This document shows positions 24,442 to 31,752 of a stretch of DNA of 64,000 nt, in pieces (position 1 is the stretch's first letter; every line of letters begins with the position of its first letter). The notes under the pieces are model-generated. The model was not told the origin of the DNA. It saw only the letters and a list, made by a program, of their open reading frames with translations, and searched no databases. Origin of the DNA: a virus (lineage: Duplodnaviria; Caudoviricetes); IMG/VR virus record IMGVR_UViG_3300028792_000005, positions 2,897-66,896 of that record; one strand, written 5' to 3'. Made by a program: the position numbers and the translations under genes.

Positions 24442-24609
24442 ATGGCATCAGAAGGTCTTTTCAAGACCTGCACTTGTGGGCGTGAGTTCGCCACAGAGGA
24501 CGGCTTCGATGCGCACAAGGTGTCGCTGCATGACGCGGAGCCAGATCCGGAGCAGAACAAGATCAACGATGACGAGATTCGCCGCGCCGAGGGGCTTCCC
24601 ACGACGTAA
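24442..24609 (+). CDS. C2H2-type zinc-finger microprotein, 55 aa
   Basis: GAGGAG SD; CTCGREFATEDGFDAHKVSLH. Confidence 0.68.
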   Translation: MASEGLFKTCTCGREFATEDGFDAHKVSLHDAEPDPEQNKINDDEIRRAEGLPTT

Positions 24610-24666
24610 CCCGAACATTCGCTATGGTGGCTCACTGTTTGAGCCACTTGTCCGAGAAGGAGCAAG

Positions 24667-25011
24667 ATGACCGAGCCCACACTGAACAACGAGTACATGG
24701 ACACCGGAGCGCTCACTCCCGAGGCCGTTCCGGAGCCCGCCACAACTCCGGAGCCCGTTGAGCCTGCCCAGCAGGACTCCTACGAGGAGCCCGCACCTGT
24801 CGCGCAGCCTCCCATCGAGGCTCCTGGCTCCCCATCGTCGGATGTTGTCGACGCCGAGGCCCTGCCGTCACCTGACGGTTCTGGCCCCACCGAGTCCTCG
24901 CTTCCTGAGGGCGCGGAGATCTTCCCGAACCCTGAGGACGCGGAGCCCAAGCCCCTGTCCCAGGAGCCGGGTAGTGAGTCTGGCCTCCCGAGTGGGGCTC
25001 AGGTCAAGTAG
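24667..25011 (+). CDS. Pro/Glu-rich disordered protein, 114 aa
   Basis: AAGGAG SD; PEP repeats. Confidence 0.75.
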   Translation: MTEPTLNNEYMDTGALTPEAVPEPATTPEPVEPAQQDSYEEPAPVAQPPIEAPGSPSSDVVDAEALPSPDGSGPTESSLPEGAEIFPNPEDAEPKPLSQEPGSESGLPSGAQVK

Positions 25012-25025
25012 CACCACCACAGACG

Positions 25026-25065
25026 AAGGGCCGCTGGCGGTTCACCCCTTGCGCCAGCGGCCCTT
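25026..25065 (+). terminator. Intrinsic terminator
   Basis: AAGGGCCGCTGGCG / CGCCAGCGGCCCTT then T. Confidence 0.78.
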
Positions 25066-25096
25066 TGCTGTCCTATCCCTCTGACATCGGAGTCCG

Positions 25097-25726
25097 ATGC
25101 GTGTACAAGGCAAGCCCGCCGCCCTGGTTGCGATCACCGCAGCCCTGACCCTTGTCGTTGGCGCTCATACGCTGGCGACACGCACGAGTTATCCACAGGC
25201 TTCTCCACAGACTGTGGATGCAGCAACAGTCAGTGAGCCTGACAACACAGTGCGTGAGATGCAGATCATCAAGCGCGCTTCACGAAGCCGTTCGGTGGCC
25301 CCGTCGCACCCCGCGACGCACCCCCCAACTAAAACAACTAAGACTTCGAAGCCACTTGTAGCGCCTCATTCACGCTCAACACAGGCTCCGAAGGCCCGGA
25401 TCGTTCGGAAAGAACACCCGTCTGTTTCACGTGGAACATCTGCCTACGCGTGGGCACACACCACTGACGCTTACAAGGTTGCCAACTGCGAGTCTGGTGA
25501 TCGGTCCTCCTGGGACCACTACAACGGCAACCCACACCTGCGGGACGGCAGATATCACGGCAAGTGGCAGATGGACGCTGACTTCTGGTCGACCTACGGC
25601 GGCAAGCAGTTCGCCAGTGACGCTGCTGACGCCAGCGAGTCGGAACAGGACATCGTGGCCTACCACGGCTACCTCGCTCGCGGGTGGCAGCCCTGGTCCT
25701 GCTCCAGGATCATGGGCGTTCGATAA
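25097..25726 (+). CDS. Secreted resuscitation-promoting-factor-like lytic transglycosylase
   Basis: Signal/TM, low-complexity linker, VANCESG (catalytic E), GKWQMD..FW..YGG, ASESEQ, GWQPWSC. Confidence 0.85.
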   Translation: MRVQGKPAALVAITAALTLVVGAHTLATRTSYPQASPQTVDAATVSEPDNTVREMQIIKRASRSRSVAPSHPATHPPTKTTKTSKPLVAPHSRSTQAPKARIVRKEHPSVSRGTSAYAWAHTTDAYKVANCESGDRSSWDHYNGNPHLRDGRYHGKWQMDADFWSTYGGKQFASDAADASESEQDIVAYHGYLARGWQPWSCSRIMGVR

Positions 25727-25730
25727 AGCC

Positions 25731-25760
25731 TTGTTCGAACCCTGAACGTCCTGCTACTGT
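25731..25760 (+). promoter_or_regulatory. Candidate housekeeping-sigma promoter with extended -10
   Basis: TTGTTC-N18-TACTGT with TG at -15/-14. Confidence 0.5.
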
Positions 25761-25766
25761 TTGGTC

Positions 25767-26138
25767 CAACGACGAGGGGCACCTCGTCGGGAAGTGCCGG
25801 AACCTCCCTACCGTCCAGGCTGGGGGAGAACGGTTGCACGGCTCGCAGAACCTTTCAGGCCGATTCGGTGAGATAGGGCGGTATCTCGGAGACGAGATAC
25901 GCGGCGAGTGGCTTATCGGCCAACGTGTAGATGTCGGGTCACCTAATCGAGAACTCTGGACCCCGGCTTGTGGGAACTCAGTCCCACCTTCCACCCACAA
26001 CCCCGCCTTGGGCCTCGGCCAGCGGGGTTGCGGCGTGTCTGGGGTCATTTTCTCGACACGCCGAACGAACGCTCCATTACCGAACGTGTCGGGCCGAACC
26101 ACTAGGGTGAAAGCACGTAGGGAAGGGACACCTAGTGG
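25767..26138 (+). ncRNA. Highly structured ~370-nt leader or ncRNA of unknown family
   Basis: At least six 6-9 bp helices, a GAGA tetraloop and alternative pairings; no convincing ORF. Confidence 0.55.
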
Positions 26139-26404
26139 CGCGGCAAAGCCTGTACACGTACAAGCGCGATGGCATTCTCCAGGCCATCGAGACGCTTTCC
26201 ACTGCGCATGGCCGTGCGCCTTCGCTGCGTGAGATCGCCGAGGTCGCTGACGTGTCCGTTGCCACGCTGCACTCCTACCTCCGGCGCATGCAGGTAGAGG
26301 GAGTAGTCCAGTGGCAGGAGAAGCACCACCGGTCCCTGCGGGTTATCTCCAACCCGAGTGGTTCCGCGCCGGTCCCATCTGCGCCTTCTCCTTCACAGCC
26401 CTAG
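26135..26404 (+). CDS. LexA-type winged-helix DNA-binding domain without peptidase domain
   Basis: ILQAI....HGRAPSLREIAEVADVSVATLHSYLRRM..EGVV.W....RSLRV. Confidence 0.8.
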   Translation: MARQSLYTYKRDGILQAIETLSTAHGRAPSLREIAEVADVSVATLHSYLRRMQVEGVVQWQEKHHRSLRVISNPSGSAPVPSAPSPSQP

Positions 26405-26820
26405 GTTCACCGAAGCCAAAGGCTCGCGCCCGCACCGTCCGCAACAAGAACACCGGGTTCGTTCAGACCTTCACGCCTGACGCCACCGTCAACTGGGAGC
26501 AGTCGATTGGGTGGCAGGTGAAACAGGCACTCGCCTGGATTCATACGAACCATCCTGGCGAACTGGAGTTGCCGTTCGCTGGGCGGGTGATGGTCGACAT
26601 GCGCTTCAACATGAAACGACCCGCGTCGCTGCCGAAAAAGGTGGAGTACCCGATGAAGGGTGCCGACGTGGACAACCTCGTGAAGTGCGTCCTCGACGGC
26701 CTCCAGAACGTGAACGTGCTGACAGACGACAAGATCGTCACTGACATCTCTGCTCGTAAGAGGTTCGCTGACGCGGAGCACCCAGAGGGCGTAGAGGTGG
26801 AGATCACGGCATGGCTGTAG
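26311..26820 (+). CDS. rusA: RusA-like Holliday junction resolvase
   Basis: GSPKPKARAR, KGADVDNLVKCVLDGL, DDKIV. Confidence 0.88.
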   Translation: MAGEAPPVPAGYLQPEWFRAGPICAFSFTALGSPKPKARARTVRNKNTGFVQTFTPDATVNWEQSIGWQVKQALAWIHTNHPGELELPFAGRVMVDMRFNMKRPASLPKKVEYPMKGADVDNLVKCVLDGLQNVNVLTDDKIVTDISARKRFADAEHPEGVEVEITAWL

Positions 26821-27269
26821 AGCACCGCCGAGAAATCGACGACTATCTGGATGCCTTGCACGCGATCATGTACAGCCGTGACCGCGACGGTCGCTACCTG
26901 TTCGTGAACGCCGAGTTCCTACGGGCGTCTGAGTACACCGAAGCGGAGATCCTGGGGCAGACGAACGAGGAACTCTGGCCGGAGCGTGCGCTGGACTACG
27001 CCAACAACGACCTCGTGGTGTGGACGCAGCAGAAGCCCTTCACTTACCAGGAAACCGGCATAGTGGATGGTCATGAGCGCATCTACTTGGTCTTCAAGTT
27101 CCCGATCTGCAAGAACGAGGCCATGTACGCCTGTGGTGCTCTGGCTGTGGACATCACCGACTCGGTGGAGGAGATGAAAGAGGCGATGGGCCTGGTAGGG
27201 CGTCTGCTCAGCCAACTTGAGCAGTCGCAGAACATGCTGCGCGCCTTGCAGTTCCTGCTCCCACAGTGA
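26811..27269 (+). CDS. Stand-alone PAS-domain protein with C-terminal helix
   Basis: RDRDGRYLFVNAEF...EEILGQT.EELWP...AVDITD. Confidence 0.85.
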   Translation: MAVEHRREIDDYLDALHAIMYSRDRDGRYLFVNAEFLRASEYTEAEILGQTNEELWPERALDYANNDLVVWTQQKPFTYQETGIVDGHERIYLVFKFPICKNEAMYACGALAVDITDSVEEMKEAMGLVGRLLSQLEQSQNMLRALQFLLPQ

Positions 27270-27961
27270 TCATCGTTGGCGCTCCAGTCTGTGAGCGGGA
27301 GTGGATTCTGCGCGACTGGTTCGACGGCTTGGCACATCAGGAGGACTTTCCGCCTGAGGAGATCGAGGTGGTGCTGAACTACGGGCACTCCAAAGATCTG
27401 ACACGCATGTCCATCACTTACGAACAAATGCTGAGCAGATTTCGTAAGGTGACCGTGTTGGAAGATGAACACGACGATCACCTGGGGCACCGCCTGTGGA
27501 CGCTCAGCCGCTATGCCACGATGACACGGCTGCGGAACGACCTGCTTGCCTATGTGCGCCAGGAGAGTCCGGACTTCTATCTGTCATGCGACACCGACAT
27601 GCTTCTTCCACCGCATACGCTGCGCATCTTGTTCGAGCACTTGAACACGTGGGATGGGATAGCCCCGCTGACGTTCATGACCCCGAATGGGGAGCACTTT
27701 CCGAACTGCACGAACCTGAACGGTACGAGACAGGTACCTGAGAAGACCGAGCAGCAGCACGCTGTGTTCGGCACGGTTCTGATGACCGAACGTTTGTATC
27801 GGGGTGCTGACTACGCTCCTCACGGTCTTGGTGAGGACCTCGGGTGGGCGGAAAACTGCCACCGTGCGGGTCTAACGCTCGCCCTCTGCCCCGATGTTCG
27901 GATTAAGCACGTCATGCAGCGTGACGACCTGGAAACCCTCGATGTTCGAGTTGGCTTCTAG
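27266..27961 (+). CDS. GT-A fold (family 2-like) glycosyltransferase
   Basis: IIVGAPV, RLRNDLL, DTD (DxD), GEDLGW. Confidence 0.82.
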   Translation: MIIVGAPVCEREWILRDWFDGLAHQEDFPPEEIEVVLNYGHSKDLTRMSITYEQMLSRFRKVTVLEDEHDDHLGHRLWTLSRYATMTRLRNDLLAYVRQESPDFYLSCDTDMLLPPHTLRILFEHLNTWDGIAPLTFMTPNGEHFPNCTNLNGTRQVPEKTEQQHAVFGTVLMTERLYRGADYAPHGLGEDLGWAENCHRAGLTLALCPDVRIKHVMQRDDLETLDVRVGF

Positions 27962-28036
27962 TTCAAAAGGGTTATTTCTCGGTGTCGGCTCACTCAATGA
28001 GCCACTTCCGTCACTCTAGGTGCTTTACTGCCGTCT

Positions 28037-28675
28037 ATGGCAGATGCAGTTGAGATCGAGAATCCGTACGGCTTGCAGTTGTACACGGTGCAGTCCCCCA
28101 CGGGTTCTCCGTTCCACCTGCAAACCGAACAAGAAGGCATCTGGTACGAGCGCCAGCGCGACATGTACCTGGAGCACAACCGGTTCACCAACGTCAGCGA
28201 CCTGGAAGACCTTGGTCGACTCCTGACGCTGGAAATCATGGTCTACCGGTGGACGACGTGGCTCACCCAGGGGTTCGACTACCTCGCTGGGCGCGTGAAC
28301 GAGACCGAACTCAAGAACGCCATCAAGGAGTATTCGGTTGAGATTCGCCTCGTAAAGGCGAGTCTTGGAATCGACCGCGCACAGCGGGAAAAGGACAAGG
28401 GCGAGAGCGTTGGCGACTACGTTGCCATGCTGCTGCGTCGAGCGAATGAGTTCGGCGTGCATCGCAATCAGCAGTACGAGAAGTCAGTCACCTACCTCTG
28501 GGAACTCATCTCCATGGTCGAGACCTACGACCGTTGCGATGAGCAAGAGCGCCGTGAACTAGACCTCTCTCCGGAGTCGATTTTGGAATGGGTACGCACT
28601 CGGGTAATGCCTGAGTGGGAGCAACTCAACGACGACTTCCGAGCGAACCAGGCTATCTGGATCGCAGATCTGTGA
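28037..28675 (+). CDS. Hypothetical protein, possibly terminase small subunit
   Basis: Helical protein two genes upstream of TerL; function from position only. Confidence 0.5.
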   Translation: MADAVEIENPYGLQLYTVQSPTGSPFHLQTEQEGIWYERQRDMYLEHNRFTNVSDLEDLGRLLTLEIMVYRWTTWLTQGFDYLAGRVNETELKNAIKEYSVEIRLVKASLGIDRAQREKDKGESVGDYVAMLLRRANEFGVHRNQQYEKSVTYLWELISMVETYDRCDEQERRELDLSPESILEWVRTRVMPEWEQLNDDFRANQAIWIADL

Positions 28676-28683
28676 GGACTGCT

Positions 28684-29274
28684 GTGGCTACACGCACCGC
28701 CAAGGCCCCCACGTACGACATCGAGGAACTGCAAGAGAAGTTCCCGAGCCTCAAGACGTTGGCTGGCCCTCCATCGAAAGCCTGTGAGCGTGCCTGGGTC
28801 GCAGCCTTTACGCACAAGCCTGAGGCTCTCGAAGCACTGCTGTCAGACCTGATCAAGCAGGCGTACGCCACGCCTGGACGCATCGGCCAGCGCCCGATGC
28901 CGCGTGAAGAGGACGTGAACCTCGAAGCGCTCATCCATGGTGAGTACACCGATGAGCCGCTGCGGCAGGCGCTTCCGCCGCTCATCCGTATCTCCGAGCG
29001 TGCCTTCGCCATGAAGATCCACATGAACCGGCGCACCTATCAGCGCATGTTCCTGGAGGACGCTGACCCGCTGCGCTATCACCCTGACATGGAGATCATG
29101 CGTCGCATTGCGGAGGCGGTGAAGAAGCCAGCGTCCTACTTCTTGGAGTACCGGATGATGGCAGCACAGGCTGCGTTCGTGCAGTTGATCAGTGACCGTC
29201 CCGGTATCGCCACCCGTCTGTACAAGGACTACTTGGTCACCAACAAGCAATCACCGTTCGTCAAGGCCCGATAA
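28684..29274 (+). CDS. XRE-like HTH protein, 196 aa
   Basis: Start moved to GTG 28684; FAMKIHMNRRTYQRM..MRRIAEAVKKPASYF. Confidence 0.6.
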   Translation: MATRTAKAPTYDIEELQEKFPSLKTLAGPPSKACERAWVAAFTHKPEALEALLSDLIKQAYATPGRIGQRPMPREEDVNLEALIHGEYTDEPLRQALPPLIRISERAFAMKIHMNRRTYQRMFLEDADPLRYHPDMEIMRRIAEAVKKPASYFLEYRMMAAQAAFVQLISDRPGIATRLYKDYLVTNKQSPFVKAR

Positions 29275-29281
29275 CGAACGT

Positions 29282-30952
29282 ATGGCTGTTCTTGAAGCAC
29301 TGACCGACGAGGAGAAGATGCTCGTCGCCCTTCTCTTGGACGCCTCCGGGATCGACATCGCGGAGTTCCTCTGGAAGGACCCAGACGCCAAGAACAAGGC
29401 GGGCAAGAAGGACCAGTTGTTCCGCTGCTGGTCCTACCAGTACCCGTGGTACCGCAACGACAGCAAGAAGCAGATCGACCAGTGTGGCCGTGCCATCGGC
29501 AAGTCGGTCGGTATTCAGATGCGTGCCTATGCGTTCCCGTTCTGCAACCCAGGACAGGACATGCTCATCACCGCGCCTGAGATGATCCACCTCGACCCCG
29601 TTACGAAGGTCATCGAGGACCGTCTGATGGCGACCCGTCTGAGCCGGGAAATGCTCAAGACCGGCAACCAGTCCTCCGGTATCACGCACCGACCGTTCGA
29701 GGCGAAGTTCCGCAACAACGCCAAGATCGTCGGTCGTATCCCACAGAAGGACGGCAAGGGCGTCAAGGGTATGCACCCTCGCATGCTCGAAATGGACGAG
29801 GCGCAGGACTACCCCGGCGCTGGCTGGGTCGAGTTGACGGAGACCCTGCGCTACGGCGACGAGACCTCCCGGTGGCGTGCTCACGGCGTTTCTCGCGGTG
29901 TGCGCGACCACTACTACAAGTTGACCCAGAGCGATGACTGGATGACCCACCGGTACACCGCTATGCACCGTCCCGACTGGACGCCTGCTGAGCGTGTCGC
30001 CAAGGCCGAGTTCTACGGATCACGTGACCACCCGGACTACCGCCGCAACATCCTGGGTCTGCACGGTGACTCGATGTCGGCGCTGTTCGTGCTGCACCGC
30101 CTCATGGCGTGCGTCGACTCGAACCCCGACAGCGACTACAACCAGAACGAGTACTACCACTTCCGCATCAACGACGAGTTCCTGCGCGACCGTGGTGTGG
30201 ACATCGTGGACCACCTCGACATGCCAGGCAGCCACAAGATCTACAAAAAGTTCTGGGCTGGCATGGACGTTGGTATGACCAACCACCCCACCGAGATCCT
30301 GGTGTTCGCTGAGGAGTACGTGAACGCGAAGGGCAAGAACAGCCCGACCGTGCGCCTCAAGGTTGTAGCCCGCTTCCACCTGGAGCGCATCAGCGCGCCT
30401 GACCAGATCAAGGTCATGGAAGCGATCTGCGAGTTCTACAAGCCTGCCGGGTTCGGCATGGACCGCACCGGCCTGGGTCTGCCGATCTTCCAGTACGCGC
30501 TGGACCGCAACCTCGCCAGCCCTGCGCTGTACAACGCCGTCAAGGGCTACAACTTCTCGGAGAAGATCCCGGTCTCCTTCGAGGAGTTGGAGGACAACGA
30601 CGAGTGGGTCGACCCCATCGACCGCGCTGTCATGGCGAACGTCCTGGAGTACAGCAGCGACCAACTGCGCCTGCTCGTTGACCAGGGACGCCTTCGGCTG
30701 CCGTGGGACATCGACATGCTCAAGGAGTTCCAGGGTCAGGCGTACTTCACGGCGAAGAGCAGCACGAACCCCTACGGCAAGAAGGAGTTCAACAAGGGCA
30801 AGTTCCACGCCCTGGACGCTGCTCGCATGGCTGCCCTGGCGTACATCCAGGCTCCCATCGAGGAGATGCTCGACAAGAAGGAAGAGTTCGATTCCGTGAT
30901 GCTCACGTGGCTTGAGGATGATGGTGGCTACGGCGACGCCATCGGGTTCTGA
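29282..30952 (+). CDS. terL: Terminase large subunit, 556 aa
   Basis: Walker A-like GRAIGKS, Walker B EMDEAQD, RNase H GMDVG, MDRTGLG, HALDA. Confidence 0.92.
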   Translation: MAVLEALTDEEKMLVALLLDASGIDIAEFLWKDPDAKNKAGKKDQLFRCWSYQYPWYRNDSKKQIDQCGRAIGKSVGIQMRAYAFPFCNPGQDMLITAPEMIHLDPVTKVIEDRLMATRLSREMLKTGNQSSGITHRPFEAKFRNNAKIVGRIPQKDGKGVKGMHPRMLEMDEAQDYPGAGWVELTETLRYGDETSRWRAHGVSRGVRDHYYKLTQSDDWMTHRYTAMHRPDWTPAERVAKAEFYGSRDHPDYRRNILGLHGDSMSALFVLHRLMACVDSNPDSDYNQNEYYHFRINDEFLRDRGVDIVDHLDMPGSHKIYKKFWAGMDVGMTNHPTEILVFAEEYVNAKGKNSPTVRLKVVARFHLERISAPDQIKVMEAICEFYKPAGFGMDRTGLGLPIFQYALDRNLASPALYNAVKGYNFSEKIPVSFEELEDNDEWVDPIDRAVMANVLEYSSDQLRLLVDQGRLRLPWDIDMLKEFQGQAYFTAKSSTNPYGKKEFNKGKFHALDAARMAALAYIQAPIEEMLDKKEEFDSVMLTWLEDDGGYGDAIGF

Positions 30953-31266
30953 TGGAAAAGAAGACGCTCGGCGGAATCGCTGGTGTCACTGCGTTCCTGG
31001 GTGCCGCTGCCGGAGTGATCACGGCTGTACATGGCTCTCACGCGACCACGACTGCGATTACGCGAAACGACACCAAGCCGGTGGTGATCAACCGTCCGAA
31101 GGACGCGAACGGATCGCCATTGCCGGTGCAGGTAATCCAGCCCAGTCAGGGACCGCCCATCGTTATCGTTGGGCATGGCGCGCCTTGCGTGCCACCTTCC
31201 CCGACGCCGACCCCGACGCCTACGACTTCCCCGACGCCAGTCCCTACTCCGACTGACGATTGCTAG
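30952..31266 (+). CDS. TM-anchored Pro/Thr-repeat protein, 104 aa
   Basis: N-terminal hydrophobic helix; PSPTPTPTPT tail. Confidence 0.65.
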   Translation: MEKKTLGGIAGVTAFLGAAAGVITAVHGSHATTTAITRNDTKPVVINRPKDANGSPLPVQVIQPSQGPPIVIVGHGAPCVPPSPTPTPTPTTSPTPVPTPTDDC

Positions 31267-31347
31267 GCGCGCCTCCACATTCTGACGGCCATCCACACTT
31301 ACGGTTCAGTCCATCTGGAACTGGACTGAACCGAAGGTGGATGCATC

Positions 31348-31752
31348 ATGCCGGTCATCAAAATGGAGTCAGCAGACCCTAAGCAGGGGCTAAGCGAGCC
31401 TCCTGCGATGGTTGCGCACGCTCAGGCGGCGCTAGCGAACCAGCAGACCGTACATCCGGGGCTGGGGTCGATTCTTTCTGTTCGTTCGGAAGTCGATGAC
31501 GTGCTGGCCGACATGAAGGCTTTCCACAAGGCCGAGCCCGACATGGTTATGGCCGCTGTGAGCGCCCACTCCGCTCGCCTTGTGGAAATCATTGTCCAGT
31601 GCCAGCGCATCGAAGTGATGCACCGGCAATGGAAGCCCGTGCGTGAAGAGGCTGAAAAGACGCTGGGGGAACTCAAGAGCCAGTTCCAGATCGCCAGCCG
31701 ACTCATCGCTATCCGACAGATGGACTTTGACATGGTGCGAGGACAGACGTGA
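31348..31752 (+). CDS. Hypothetical helical protein, 134 aa
   Basis: Coupled to the portal gene. Confidence 0.7.
   Translation: MPVIKMESADPKQGLSEPPAMVAHAQAALANQQTVHPGLGSILSVRSEVDDVLADMKAFHKAEPDMVMAAVSAHSARLVEIIVQCQRIEVMHRQWKPVREEAEKTLGELKSQFQIASRLIAIRQMDFDMVRGQT

Noticed and set aside
25825-25860. GGAGA...GAACCUUUCAGG resembling a glycine riboswitch
   Set aside because: Lacks the CCGAAG element and is too short for the aptamer.
12660-26100. Canonical actinobacterial SOS boxes for the LexA-like protein
   Set aside because: GTTCG/CGAAC half-sites are present, but I found no TCGAAC-N4-GTTCGA in intergenic DNA by eye; a full scan was not possible.
26104-26130. GGGUGAA...GUAGGG resembling part of the c-di-AMP (ydaO) riboswitch, which often precedes rpf genes
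   Set aside because: The conserved CCCGAACCCGUCAGCUAAC segment is absent, and the element is downstream rather than upstream of the rpf gene.
25767-26138. tmRNA, RNase P, SRP or group I/II intron identity for the structured region
   Set aside because: No tRNA-like ends, no GAGGAAAGUCC P4, no SRP loop, and no P7 or domain V signatures were found by eye.
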